A stretch of 64,000 nucleotides of DNA from Candidatus Eiseniibacteriota bacterium (GTDB lineage: Bacteria; Eisenbacteria; RBG-16-71-46). Below are positions 11,487 to 20,774 of this stretch, piece after piece. The DNA is taken from assembly GCA_963776245.1 (NCBI GenBank), contig CAVZLN010000008.1, forward strand, positions 320,001 through 384,000. The letters run 5' to 3'. The translations under genes were made by a program, and so were the position numbers. The notes beneath the pieces were generated by a model. That model was not told the DNA's origin. It did no database searches and worked only from the letters and a program-made list of their open reading frames with translations. How positions within the stretch are numbered: the stretch's first letter is position 1; each line of letters starts with the position of its first letter.

Positions 11487-13511
11487 TCAGCGCCGCTTCA
11501 CCACCACCAGCGTGACGTCGTCGGTGCGCAGGTCGCCGTGCGCGAACGCGCGCACGTCCGCGAGCAGGGCGCCCCCGAACTCGGCCGCCGGCAGTCCCTG
11601 CGCCGCGAGCCGCAGGACCAGCGCCTCGAAGCGCTCCTCGCCGTACATGTCGTGCCGGTACGGGCACTCGGTCACGCCGTCCGAGTACAGCACCAGGTAG
11701 TCGCCGGCGCGGAACTCGCGGGTCTCGTCCTTCCACATCGAGTCGTCCAGCATCGCGAGCGGGACGCCGCTCGCCTCGAGCTTGGTGATGGCGCCCTCGC
11801 GCACCAGCAGCGGCGGGTTGTGCCCGGCGTTGCAGAACCGCAGGGCCGGCTCGCGCAGCGCGATGTCCGCCATGAAGAAGGTGGCGAACCGCCCCGGCGT
11901 GACCGCGCGATGGAGCGACGCGTGCATCGCCTCGACCACCGCCCGGGTCGAGATGCCCGGCTTCGCCTCGGCGTGGAACGACGCGCGCAGGTGCGACATG
12001 AGCAGCGCGGCGGGCACGCCGTGCCCGGAGACGTCGCCCAGCACCACGGTCAGGTGGTCCTCACCGAGCGGCAGCCAGTCGTAGTAGTCGCCGCCGACCG
12101 CCTCGGCCGGCACGTTGACGCCGAACACGTCGAGCTCGGGGATGGTGGGCGGCCGCTCGGGCAGCAGCCGCCGCTGGATGGAGCGCGCCACCTCCAGCTC
12201 GCGTTCGCGGACGCGCGCGTGGCGCTCGGTCACCACGCGCCGGTAGCCCTCGAGCGACGCCCAGGTGAACGCCGGCAGCAGCAGCGCCCCGGTCGCCGGC
12301 ACGTCGAAGCCGCCGGCGAGGAAGAGCGCGTGGTCCGCTGCCGCGACCAGCGCGACCGCGCCCGCCACCACGGCGGTCCCGAGGCCGAGCGGCCAGCGTG
12401 CGAGCAGCGTGCCGAGGAGCACCGCGAGAACGGCCAGCGCGGCCAGCATCAGCCACGCCGGCGGCCGGCGCTCGAAGCGCCCTTCGATCGCCGCGTTCAG
12501 CGCGTTGGCGTGGATATAGACCAGCGGCGTGGACTCGGCGAACGGCGTGGCCCCGAGGTCGGTGGCGACCTCGCCCACCGCCGTGGTGCCGACCAGCACG
12601 AGCCGCCCCGCGAACGCGCGCCGCAGCGCGGTGGAGTCCCCGTCGCGGTACCACTGGAGCACGCGCAGCAGCGAGTAACTGCTCCGGAACGAGGTGCGGT
12701 CGCCGGCGAAGCCGATCGCGGTCGAGCCCTCGCCGTCCACCGGCACGCGCTGGCGCGCCCGGCCGCTGTGGTGCAGCCACAGCCCGTCGGTGCTCACCTC
12801 GAACTGCGGCAGCGTGGTGTCGGTCCGCGCCGCGGACTCCACCATCCGCATCGAGAGCGACGGATACACCCAGTCGCCGTAGCGCACGAACTGCGGGATG
12901 CGCCGCACCACGCCTCCCGGATCCACCACCACCGCGGTGTGGCCGAGCGCCCCGGCGGCGTCGAGCAGCGCGTCGAACGGCAGCGAGATGCGCTGCACCC
13001 CCGGGGTGCGGAGCGCGGTCAGCGGCCGGCCATTGCGGATGAGCGCGGCACGCGTGTCCGAGGACGGCGTGGGCGCCGCGCCGGCGCCGAGCGCGGGGTC
13101 CTCGGGCAGCACCGCGATCGCGTGGACGAGGTTGGTCCTCCCCGCGGTGACCGCGGCCAGCAGGCGGTCGCCTTCGGGATACTCGGTGCTGGAGTCGAGG
13201 AACAGCAGGTCGAACCCGATCGCCTGCGCGCCGCTCTCCTCGAGCGCCGTGATCAGCAGCGCATAGGCCGGGCGCGGCAGCGGCCAGCCGCGGTAGGCCG
13301 CGATGGTCGCGTCGTCCACCTCGACCAGCGCGATGCGCGCCGAGGCCGGCAGCGGCCCGCGGAGGACGTAGCGCCAGTCGTGGATGCGCAGGTCGAGCGG
13401 ATCGAACGCGCCCAGCCGCGCGAGCACCGCGACCACCGCCCAGCACGCCAGCGCCACGGCGATGCCGTGGAGAACGGGAAGCCGCTGGGACGGCGCGGCC
13501 GGGCCCGCCAT
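11487..13511 (-). CDS. CHASE2-domain membrane sensor with a SpoIIE/RsbU-type PP2C phosphatase output
   Basis: N-terminal TM; CHASE2 motifs (IALVEVDDATI..GWPLPR, IGFDLLF, DPGGVVRRIP, GRLVLVGTT, IHANAL); three TMs; ELEVARSIQRRLLP, GGDYYD, DVSGHG, NAGHNPP, YSDGVTE, DDVT. Confidence 0.9.
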   Translation of the reverse strand: MAGPAAPSQRLPVLHGIAVALACWAVVAVLARLGAFDPLDLRIHDWRYVLRGPLPASARIALVEVDDATIAAYRGWPLPRPAYALLITALEESGAQAIGFDLLFLDSSTEYPEGDRLLAAVTAGRTNLVHAIAVLPEDPALGAGAAPTPSSDTRAALIRNGRPLTALRTPGVQRISLPFDALLDAAGALGHTAVVVDPGGVVRRIPQFVRYGDWVYPSLSMRMVESAARTDTTLPQFEVSTDGLWLHHSGRARQRVPVDGEGSTAIGFAGDRTSFRSSYSLLRVLQWYRDGDSTALRRAFAGRLVLVGTTAVGEVATDLGATPFAESTPLVYIHANALNAAIEGRFERRPPAWLMLAALAVLAVLLGTLLARWPLGLGTAVVAGAVALVAAADHALFLAGGFDVPATGALLLPAFTWASLEGYRRVVTERHARVRERELEVARSIQRRLLPERPPTIPELDVFGVNVPAEAVGGDYYDWLPLGEDHLTVVLGDVSGHGVPAALLMSHLRASFHAEAKPGISTRAVVEAMHASLHRAVTPGRFATFFMADIALREPALRFCNAGHNPPLLVREGAITKLEASGVPLAMLDDSMWKDETREFRAGDYLVLYSDGVTECPYRHDMYGEERFEALVLRLAAQGLPAAEFGGALLADVRAFAHGDLRTDDVTLVVVKRR

Positions 13512-13519
13512 GGGCCGGG

Positions 13520-14182
13520 CTACCGCTTCCAGTACAGCACGTCGGCCGCTTCGCTCCGGTCCGCGCCGCGCGGGCCCGCCGAACGCCAGGTCGGGACCTT
13601 CTTGCGCGCGCCGCCGCTCGCCTGCGTCGTCGCGCGGACGGTGTCGGCGGGGACCGCCTGGGCGGCGCGCCGCAGCAGCGCGCGCACCTCGTCCTTGCTC
13701 ACGTACGAGGTCGCGGCCGCCTTGGGAGCGGCCGTGCGCTCGGTCTTGAGCCCGAGCAGCGCGTCCGCCTTCTCGACGCCGCCCGCGAGCCGCACCCCGT
13801 CGGCCGCGGCCTCGTCCGCACGCGCGTCGTCGCCCATCAGCATGAGCGCGGTGGCGCGATTGAGGCGGATGCCGGCGTCGGCGGTGTCCCCGCGCAGCGC
13901 GCGATCGTAGAACGCCAGCGCCACACCCAGTTCGCCCCGGAGCAGACGCAGGTTGCCGAGGTTGTTGAGCGCGCGGGCGTCACCGCGGGAGTCCGAGAGC
14001 AGCGACACGAACACCGACTCCGCGCGGGCCGCTTCGCCCGCGAGCGCGAGCGCGACCCCGAACTCGGATTTGGACCCGAGCTCCCGGGAATCGGGCGCGG
14101 CCGAGGCGCGCGGGGCGGCAGCGGCCACGAGGAGGGGCAGGACCACGACGGCGGTGAGATGACGCAGCGGGCGGCCTCGCAT
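13520..14182 (-). CDS. Secreted TPR protein
   Basis: Signal-peptide-like N-terminus; TPR consensus ALNNLGNLRLLRGELGVALAFYDRAL; ends in LYWKR. Confidence 0.8.
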   Translation of the reverse strand: MRGRPLRHLTAVVVLPLLVAAAAPRASAAPDSRELGSKSEFGVALALAGEAARAESVFVSLLSDSRGDARALNNLGNLRLLRGELGVALAFYDRALRGDTADAGIRLNRATALMLMGDDARADEAAADGVRLAGGVEKADALLGLKTERTAAPKAAATSYVSKDEVRALLRRAAQAVPADTVRATTQASGGARKKVPTWRSAGPRGADRSEAADVLYWKR

Positions 14183-14206
14183 GATCGGACCTCGCGGTTG
14201 GGGGGA

Positions 14207-16765
14207 TCAGTCTTTCCAGTACATACTGCGATGGAGGCCCTCGGGTTGGAAGCTATTCTCGCGACCGGGTGCGGGCGTCGCCGGGGCCGTGGCCCGCGGC
14301 GGCCGGGGACGGCCGGCCCGGTCGGGCCCGCGCGCGGCCGGAGCCGCCGCGACCGCGTGCAGCAGGGCCGCCAGTCGCGCCCGCGACTGCTGCTCGCCGG
14401 GGCTCAGGTCCGCCGGCTCGCTCTCGCCCGCGCGCGCCAGCCCCAGCAGGCGGCTCGCGGGCTCGGCGCCGCCGGCGGCCGCGACCCCCTGGCCCAGCGC
14501 CTCGCCCGCGGCCGCGCTGTCGCCCCGCGCGAGCAGCGCGATGCCGAGGTTGAGCCAGATCCCGGGCGCCGGCTCGCCCATGGCGAGCACGGTGCGCAGG
14601 TGACCCTCGGCGGCCTCGAGGCTGTCGCGGCCGACGAGCACCACCGCGAGGTCGTTGTGGGCCGCGACCGAGCGCGGGTCCTGGCGCAGCGCCTGCTCGA
14701 GCTGGGACTGCGCCGCCGCCAGTTCTCCGCCCTCGAACTCGACGCGCGCGATCTCGATGAGCGCGCTGGCCGAGGCGGCGAGGTCGCTGCGTGCCGCGCC
14801 GAACTGCGCGGCGTAGAACTCCTCGCGCCACCGGCCGACGGTCGCGGCGTCCCCCCGCAGGGTGGCCGCCAGCCGCTCGGTGTCGATCACGAGCGCGGGC
14901 CGCTCCCCCGGCGGGAGCACGGGCTCGTAGCGCGTCTGGGCCTCGGCCACGTCGACCTTGCCGATCTCCCCGCGGCCGTCCCAGCTGTGATAGGTGTCGG
15001 CGCCGATGCGCCAGGCCTCGGTGAAGCCCTTGCTCAGCGCGGTGGTCTCGAACGGGATCCACACCTCCTCGTCGTCGATCACCGTCATGCGCTCGTCCAC
15101 CGCCAGCGCCATGCGATTGCGCTCGTGCAGGCCGGTGCCGATGAGCAGGAAGATGTGCCCGGGCGCGTCGGCCAGGCGCGTGGGCACGCCCACGTTCGCG
15201 AGCAGCGACGCCATCAGCACGGTGGAGTCGTCGCAGTCCCCGGCGCGCCGCGCGAGCGTCTGATACGGATAGAAGATGGTGTCCACCGCGTCCCGGGTGG
15301 TGCCGATCCGGGTGTAGGGGTTGTTGGGATCGGGCACGTAGGCGACCGACAACTGCCCGAGCGCGTCGGCGATCGCGGCGGCGAAGCTCAGGTTGCGGTT
15401 CCCGAGCGGATCGCGCTCCTGGAGCGCCACCACCCGGCTCGCCTGGCGCGCGAGCGCGTCCACCGCCGGATCCTGCGGGGTGATGAACGCCGCCGCCTGC
15501 GCCACGCCCTCGCCCCAGCGGATGGCGCCCGGCGCGTACGCCACGCAGCGCGCCGCGCCCTTCTCGCGCCGCACCAGGCGGCGGCTCTGGTAACTGGCCG
15601 TGACCTGCACCTGCACCGGCTGGTCGCCGCGCTGGGCGAGCACCCGGGGGCTGAGCACGGCGGTCAGCGGCACGTCCTGCGTGGCCCGCGGACGGAGGAC
15701 GATCTCCTGCTCCGAGGCGGCGTCCATCAGGCCCGGCACGTACACGCCCACCCGCGCGATCAGCGGGCGGTCCTGCAGGCTGCGCACCTTCACCGAGCCG
15801 AACGGCTCGCGCGCGTAGCTCTTGTAGAGCGAGGTGTAGAGGTCCCGCGCCTCGACCCGCTCGATGCGGATCTGCGCGGGATTGAAATTGAACTCCATCG
15901 CCACCGCGAAATGATCGGTGGCCGGCAGCACCGGCGCCTCGACGCGCGCGTAGTCGAAGCGCAGCGCCCCGACCTTGAGACCCATGCCGTACGTCCACGT
16001 GGCGGGCTCGCCGCCCACGCGGTCCTTCTCGGTGCCCATCCGCAGCGCGAGCTGTTCGAGCGGCACGAGCTCCAGCCCAAGGTGCCAGCGGTCGTCGACG
16101 TCGAGCGCCGCGGTGCCCCAGCGCGGCACGGCATAGGCGCCGGCCAGCCTCAGGTTACGCGGATAGACCACCGCGGGCGTTCCGTCGGCGTAGCGCAGCC
16201 GGGTGTCGAAGGCGTCCTGCGCCACCAGCCCCAGGCGCACGCGCTCGAGCGGGCTCGCGAGCAGTCCGAGGTCCACGCCGTAGCCGCGTCCGCCGCGGAT
16301 CTCGGTGCCATCGAGGCTGGTGCTGCGCGTTAGCAGCTTGGCGTTCGCCCCCGCGTGCAGCCACGGCCGCAGCTTGAGTGCGTAGCCGAAGTCAACGCGG
16401 TTCTCGCCGAACCCCAGCTCGCCGTCGTCGAAGCCCGAGTGATACCAGTCGAGCCCGGTGGCCTGGTCGGGCGAGAGCGGCAGCACGAACACCGCGTGGT
16501 TGTCCTTGATGCCGGCGCCGAACAGGTCGGCGTGCGAGCCCGCGATCTCCTGATGGCCGACGCGCGCGAGCCCGGCGGGGTTCCAGAACAGCGCGCTCGC
16601 GTCGTCGGCGATCGCGCTGAACGCGCCGCCCATGGCGATGCCGCGCGGCCCGACCGGCACCTGCTGGCTGGGCGCCGCGCGGGCGGGCCCGGCGGCGAAC
16701 AGCCATCCGGCCAGGGCGGGGAGAATGACCACCGCGCGCGCGCGATGTCCGCCGCGGCCGCTCAT
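14207..16765 (-). CDS. PorV/UPF0164-like outer-membrane barrel fused to a transglutaminase-like domain and TPRs
   Basis: Signal peptide; VGPRGIAMGGAFSAIADDASALFWNPAGLA; alternating beta-strands ending at AMEF; GDCDD / PGHIFL / WIPFETT; TPR helices; ATGA overlap with the upstream gene. Confidence 0.8.
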   Translation of the reverse strand: MSGRGGHRARAVVILPALAGWLFAAGPARAAPSQQVPVGPRGIAMGGAFSAIADDASALFWNPAGLARVGHQEIAGSHADLFGAGIKDNHAVFVLPLSPDQATGLDWYHSGFDDGELGFGENRVDFGYALKLRPWLHAGANAKLLTRSTSLDGTEIRGGRGYGVDLGLLASPLERVRLGLVAQDAFDTRLRYADGTPAVVYPRNLRLAGAYAVPRWGTAALDVDDRWHLGLELVPLEQLALRMGTEKDRVGGEPATWTYGMGLKVGALRFDYARVEAPVLPATDHFAVAMEFNFNPAQIRIERVEARDLYTSLYKSYAREPFGSVKVRSLQDRPLIARVGVYVPGLMDAASEQEIVLRPRATQDVPLTAVLSPRVLAQRGDQPVQVQVTASYQSRRLVRREKGAARCVAYAPGAIRWGEGVAQAAAFITPQDPAVDALARQASRVVALQERDPLGNRNLSFAAAIADALGQLSVAYVPDPNNPYTRIGTTRDAVDTIFYPYQTLARRAGDCDDSTVLMASLLANVGVPTRLADAPGHIFLLIGTGLHERNRMALAVDERMTVIDDEEVWIPFETTALSKGFTEAWRIGADTYHSWDGRGEIGKVDVAEAQTRYEPVLPPGERPALVIDTERLAATLRGDAATVGRWREEFYAAQFGAARSDLAASASALIEIARVEFEGGELAAAQSQLEQALRQDPRSVAAHNDLAVVLVGRDSLEAAEGHLRTVLAMGEPAPGIWLNLGIALLARGDSAAAGEALGQGVAAAGGAEPASRLLGLARAGESEPADLSPGEQQSRARLAALLHAVAAAPAARGPDRAGRPRPPRATAPATPAPGRENSFQPEGLHRSMYWKD

Positions 16766-19700
16766 CGCACCACCGCGAGCGTGCCTTCGAGACGCTCGCC
16801 CGCCGCGTCCACGCTCACCAGGTAGAGCCCGTCGGCGGCCACCTCGCCCCCGCTGTCGCGCCCGTCCCAGCGCACCAGGTTGGCGCCCGCGGGCAGCGAC
16901 GCGCCGGCGGCCACGACCTTCACCAGCCGCCCGGCGCGATTGTAGATGCGCACCGTCACCACTCCCGCCCGCGGGAGCGTGAAGCCGATGCCCACGTCGG
17001 TGCTGGCGAAGCCCCCGCGCGGTGAGAACACGCGCGGCGTGAAGCTGAGCCCCGGCGCGCCGCCGGCGACGCTGGTCACCAGGTCGCCCGGCAGCAGGGC
17101 GTACACCCCCGGCGAGCGGATGGGCGCCTCGAGCCGCGTCCCGGTCGCGTCCGGGCTGCCGCCGACCCGCGCCCACCCCGAGTCGGGTTGCATCACGCAC
17201 AACTTCGCGTCCGCGGGCGCGCCGGCGCGCGCCACGCTGAAGGTCGCGGGCTTGAGCAGGGTCGCGCCGTCCCAGTGCACCTCGAGCGCCTCGACCGGCC
17301 CGCTGGTGGCGGGACCGCGCACGAGCACCGAGTCCACGCGCACCAGCGCGCCATCCGGGAACGCGCCGGGCGGGAAATAGAGCTTCACCTCGGCGAACGT
17401 CGAGTACACCTCCCCGCCCGCGGGCGTCACGACGGCCGGGCTGGTGACCGAGTCGAACGGCGGCAGGTTGTCCACCCGCACGGTGACCTGCGCGGTGCCC
17501 ACCAGCCCGAGCGTGTCGGTCACCGCGAGACGCAGGTCGTACGCGCCTTCGGCGAGCGCGCGCGTGTCGAGCGGGGGAGCGAGCGCGCCCTCCACGACCG
17601 GCAGGATCGAGTCGGCGAGCACGCCGGTGAGCGCGCCGCCCCACGCGGGGTCGCGGCTGGGCTTGAGTTCGAGCCGGTAGCGCCGGAAGCGCGGATCGGC
17701 CGCGCTCCCGCGCACCTCGATGATGCCGCGCACGGCCTCGCCGAAGGCCGGGGACGACAGGAGCGCCGCGGGCGGCGTGGCGTCCACGTCGAGGTCGATC
17801 CGGGCCGGGGTGGGATCGAGGTTCCGGCTCCAGTCGCGCGCCTCGACCTCGAAGGTGTGCGGTCCGTCCGGCACGTCGGCGCGCTCCCACGCCACCTCGG
17901 TGGTCCACGGCCCATCGACGCCATCCCAGCGGGTGCGGAACTCGATGTCGTTCGCCTCGCCGTACGCCGCCGCGTACACCACGCGCAGGTCCCGGCGCGC
18001 CGCCAGCGTGTCGGGCGTGGTGACGAACACGCTCTGGGGCGCGGCCCGGTCGGGCCGGTACTGGGTGAGACCGTCGTTGCTCCCGAACCACAGGTCGCCG
18101 TTCCGATCCACCAGCGCCCCGGTGACCTGATCGGAGGTGAGTCCGTCCGCAGCGCGCACGCGCCGCCAGCTCGTGCCATTGAAGCGCGAGACCCCGACGC
18201 TGGTGGACACCCACAGGATCCCGTCGCGGTCCTGGACGATCGGTCCGAGCGGATTGGAGCCGAGCGCGACCACGGAGAAGGACGCCGCGATCCCCGCCAG
18301 GTAGCGCACCACGCCCGTCCGGGTCACGATCCAGAGCGCGCCGTCGCGGTCCTCGAACAGGGACAGGGCCCGGTTGGTGTAGGACGCGGGCACCGGGAGC
18401 ACCACCGGCTGTAGCACGCCGCCCCGCAGGCGCGCGAGCCCCAGCGCGGTGCCGAGCCAGACGTCGCCCGACTGGGTCACGCACGCCGCGGTCACCAGCG
18501 TGTCGGGCAGACCGTCGGCGGTCGTCAGCGCGACGGCCTGCGCGCGGTCCGGCGCCACGCGATACGCCCGTGCCGAGGTGACCACCCACAGCGTGGCCGC
18601 GCTGTCCTCGAAGATGGCGTGCACCTCGGCCAGGGGCCCGAGGTCGAGTCGTGACCACGCGCCCCCGGACCAGCGACCGAGCGTGCCCTCGCCCCCCACC
18701 CAGATGTCCCCGGCATGGTCCTGCAGCATCGCGAGCACGGTGTCCGAAGCGAGCCCGGTGGCGTGGCTCTCGACCGTCCACTGGCTCCGCGCGGCATCCC
18801 AGCGCGCGAGCCCCGCGCCCTCGGAGCCGAACCACAGCCGGCGCTCGCGGTCCTCGAAGATGGCGGTCAGCGTGTCCGAGAGCGGCCGGCCCGGCCCGCG
18901 CCGGAGGGTGGTCCATGTCCCGGTCCGGTCGAGGCGGGCGGCGCCCCCATCGTAGGTGGCGAACCACAGGTCGCCGCCGCGGTCCTGGGCCATGCCCTGG
19001 GGCAAGAACCAGCGCGCGAGCCCGGTCGAGCGGGTGCCGCTGATCTGCTTGCTCGGCAGCACGCAGAAGTACGGCGTACCCGCGGCCCGCGGGGCGCACG
19101 AGGCGACCTCGAGGTAGTCCGCCCAGCCGCCACCGTCATACTGATAGGCCCCGTTGGCCCCGGTGCCCACCCACAGGTCCCCCTGCCGGTCGCGCATGAG
19201 CGCGATCACCTTGCCGAAGAACTGTCCGTCGTTGGTCTCGCGTTCCGGGCGCCACGTGAGCGAGTCGAAATGACTGAGGCCGAGGGTGTCCGTGCCGCAC
19301 CACACCCCGGCCGCCCCGTCCGCCGTGATGGCCGTGACGCTGTCGCTGCCGGTGCCATCGCTCTTCCGGAAGCGCGACCACGCGCCGCCGCGGTAGCGGA
19401 ACGCCCCGGCATCGGTGCCGACCCAGAGCGCGCCCGCGGCATCCTTCGCCAGCGCGAGCACGCTGTCGCTTGCGAGCGTGGCGGGCGTCGGGACGATGCA
19501 GGTCCACGAGGTGCGCGTCGGGTCGAGCCGGCACAGCCCGCCGGCCGCGCCGCACCAGAGATTGAAGTCGTCGTCCTCGACGATGCGCCGGGCCTTCCAG
19601 GCCGGGAGCGGGCTGTTCGAGGAATCGTATCGCTGCCAGGTGTCGGTGGCCGGCTGATAGCGGTGCAAGCCGTCCACGGTGCCGATCCAGATCTCCCCGC

Positions 19701-20097
19701 GATGGTCGATGAAGATCGTCTGGACCTGGTTGGCGACCTGGGGGAAGCGCCGCCAGCGCGCTCCGTCGTACGCCGCGAGCCCGGATTCGGTGCCGAACCA
19801 CATCCGGCCCGTGCCGTCCCGCGTCAGGGCGTAGACCGCCGGATGCGGCAGCGAATCGCGCACCGTCGTCCAGCGCACACCGTCGAAGCGGCTCGCGCCC
19901 AACTGGGTGCCGAACCACATCGAGCCGTCGCGGTCCTCGAACAGGCACAGCACGGTGTTGCCGGCGAGCCCGTCGATGGCGCGGTAGTTCCGCCAGGCGG
20001 CCCGGGCGGGCGAACCGCCGAGGAGCAGCGCGAGGGCGCATGCCAGGAGCATCCCGCGGCGAGGGAAGGTGCCGGCTCGCTTCGATGTGCGATTCAC
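16762..20097 (-). CDS. Secreted two-component-regulator-type beta-propeller protein with Y_Y_Y-like, Ig-like and C-terminal FlgD-Ig domains
   Basis: Signal peptide; many repeats like DGLAGNTVLCLFEDRDGSMWFGT; IEFRTRWDGVDGPW...VPDGPHTFEVEARD; C-terminal VRIYNRAGRLVK...WDGRDSGGEVAADGLYLV. Confidence 0.85.
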   Translation of the reverse strand: MNRTSKRAGTFPRRGMLLACALALLLGGSPARAAWRNYRAIDGLAGNTVLCLFEDRDGSMWFGTQLGASRFDGVRWTTVRDSLPHPAVYALTRDGTGRMWFGTESGLAAYDGARWRRFPQVANQVQTIFIDHRGEIWIGTVDGLHRYQPATDTWQRYDSSNSPLPAWKARRIVEDDDFNLWCGAAGGLCRLDPTRTSWTCIVPTPATLASDSVLALAKDAAGALWVGTDAGAFRYRGGAWSRFRKSDGTGSDSVTAITADGAAGVWCGTDTLGLSHFDSLTWRPERETNDGQFFGKVIALMRDRQGDLWVGTGANGAYQYDGGGWADYLEVASCAPRAAGTPYFCVLPSKQISGTRSTGLARWFLPQGMAQDRGGDLWFATYDGGAARLDRTGTWTTLRRGPGRPLSDTLTAIFEDRERRLWFGSEGAGLARWDAARSQWTVESHATGLASDTVLAMLQDHAGDIWVGGEGTLGRWSGGAWSRLDLGPLAEVHAIFEDSAATLWVVTSARAYRVAPDRAQAVALTTADGLPDTLVTAACVTQSGDVWLGTALGLARLRGGVLQPVVLPVPASYTNRALSLFEDRDGALWIVTRTGVVRYLAGIAASFSVVALGSNPLGPIVQDRDGILWVSTSVGVSRFNGTSWRRVRAADGLTSDQVTGALVDRNGDLWFGSNDGLTQYRPDRAAPQSVFVTTPDTLAARRDLRVVYAAAYGEANDIEFRTRWDGVDGPWTTEVAWERADVPDGPHTFEVEARDWSRNLDPTPARIDLDVDATPPAALLSSPAFGEAVRGIIEVRGSAADPRFRRYRLELKPSRDPAWGGALTGVLADSILPVVEGALAPPLDTRALAEGAYDLRLAVTDTLGLVGTAQVTVRVDNLPPFDSVTSPAVVTPAGGEVYSTFAEVKLYFPPGAFPDGALVRVDSVLVRGPATSGPVEALEVHWDGATLLKPATFSVARAGAPADAKLCVMQPDSGWARVGGSPDATGTRLEAPIRSPGVYALLPGDLVTSVAGGAPGLSFTPRVFSPRGGFASTDVGIGFTLPRAGVVTVRIYNRAGRLVKVVAAGASLPAGANLVRWDGRDSGGEVAADGLYLVSVDAAGERLEGTLAVVR

Positions 20098-20179
20098 TTC
20101 GGCACCACCCCTCCGGTTGCGGCGCTCAGGCCGGGGGACTCGCGCGGCGACTGTCTTCAAAGACGGCCCAGCCTGCTCG

Positions 20180-20208
20180 ATGTTGGTGGGGGCGCGAGCC
20201 GGGGTCAA
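20180..20208 (-). promoter_or_regulatory. Putative sigma70-type promoter of the propeller/PorV/TPR/CHASE2 operon
   Basis: TTGACC-N17-CAACAT, about 80 nt upstream of the GTG at 20097. Confidence 0.55.
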
Positions 20209-20285
20209 GGAAAACGTCCGGTCACTCTTGGGCCGCGCACCGCGGGAAAGTCCGCCCGACGGCGGCCCAGCGACCACATCGCGCG

Positions 20286-20774
20286 CTACGGGTCGAGCGC
20301 GCTCCGGCCCTCGCGGATGCGCTGCGCGAGGTTCGTGGTGCTGTGACCTTCGCGCAGCGGGAGGCTGAGCACGCGCCCGCCGCGCGATTCGACCGACTCG
20401 CGCCCCACGATGTGCTCGATCGCCCAATCGCCGCCCTTCACCAGCACGTCGGGGCGCACCTCCTCGATCAGGCGCAGCGGCGTGTCCTCGTCGAAGACCA
20501 CCGCCAGGTCCACGCAACGCAGCGCCGCGACCAGCGCGGCGCGATCGTCCTCGCGCACGATCGGACGCGCCGGGCCCTTGAGGCGGCGCACCGAGGCGTC
20601 GGAGTTCACTCCCACCACCAGCCGGTCGCCGAGCGCGCGCGCCTGCGCGAGGTACTCGGCGTGCCCGCGGTGGAGCAGGTCGAACACGCCGTTGGTGAAC
20701 ACCACGCGCTCGCCCGCGGCGCGCCACGCCTCGAGCCGCTCGCGCGCGTCGCCCGGCAGCCGGGTGGCGCTCAC
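20286..20774 (-). CDS. rfaE2: D-glycero-beta-D-manno-heptose 1-phosphate adenylyltransferase
   Basis: [47 protein letters not shown]. Confidence 0.94.
   Translation of the reverse strand: MSATRLPGDARERLEAWRAAGERVVFTNGVFDLLHRGHAEYLAQARALGDRLVVGVNSDASVRRLKGPARPIVREDDRAALVAALRCVDLAVVFDEDTPLRLIEEVRPDVLVKGGDWAIEHIVGRESVESRGGRVLSLPLREGHSTTNLAQRIREGRSALDP

Noticed and set aside
16762..20097. Repeated DNA motifs (e.g. GCCGTCGCGGTCCTCGAACAG) as a CRISPR or DNA repeat array
   Set aside because: They are irregular, degenerate and in frame: they encode the beta-propeller blades. No cas genes are present.
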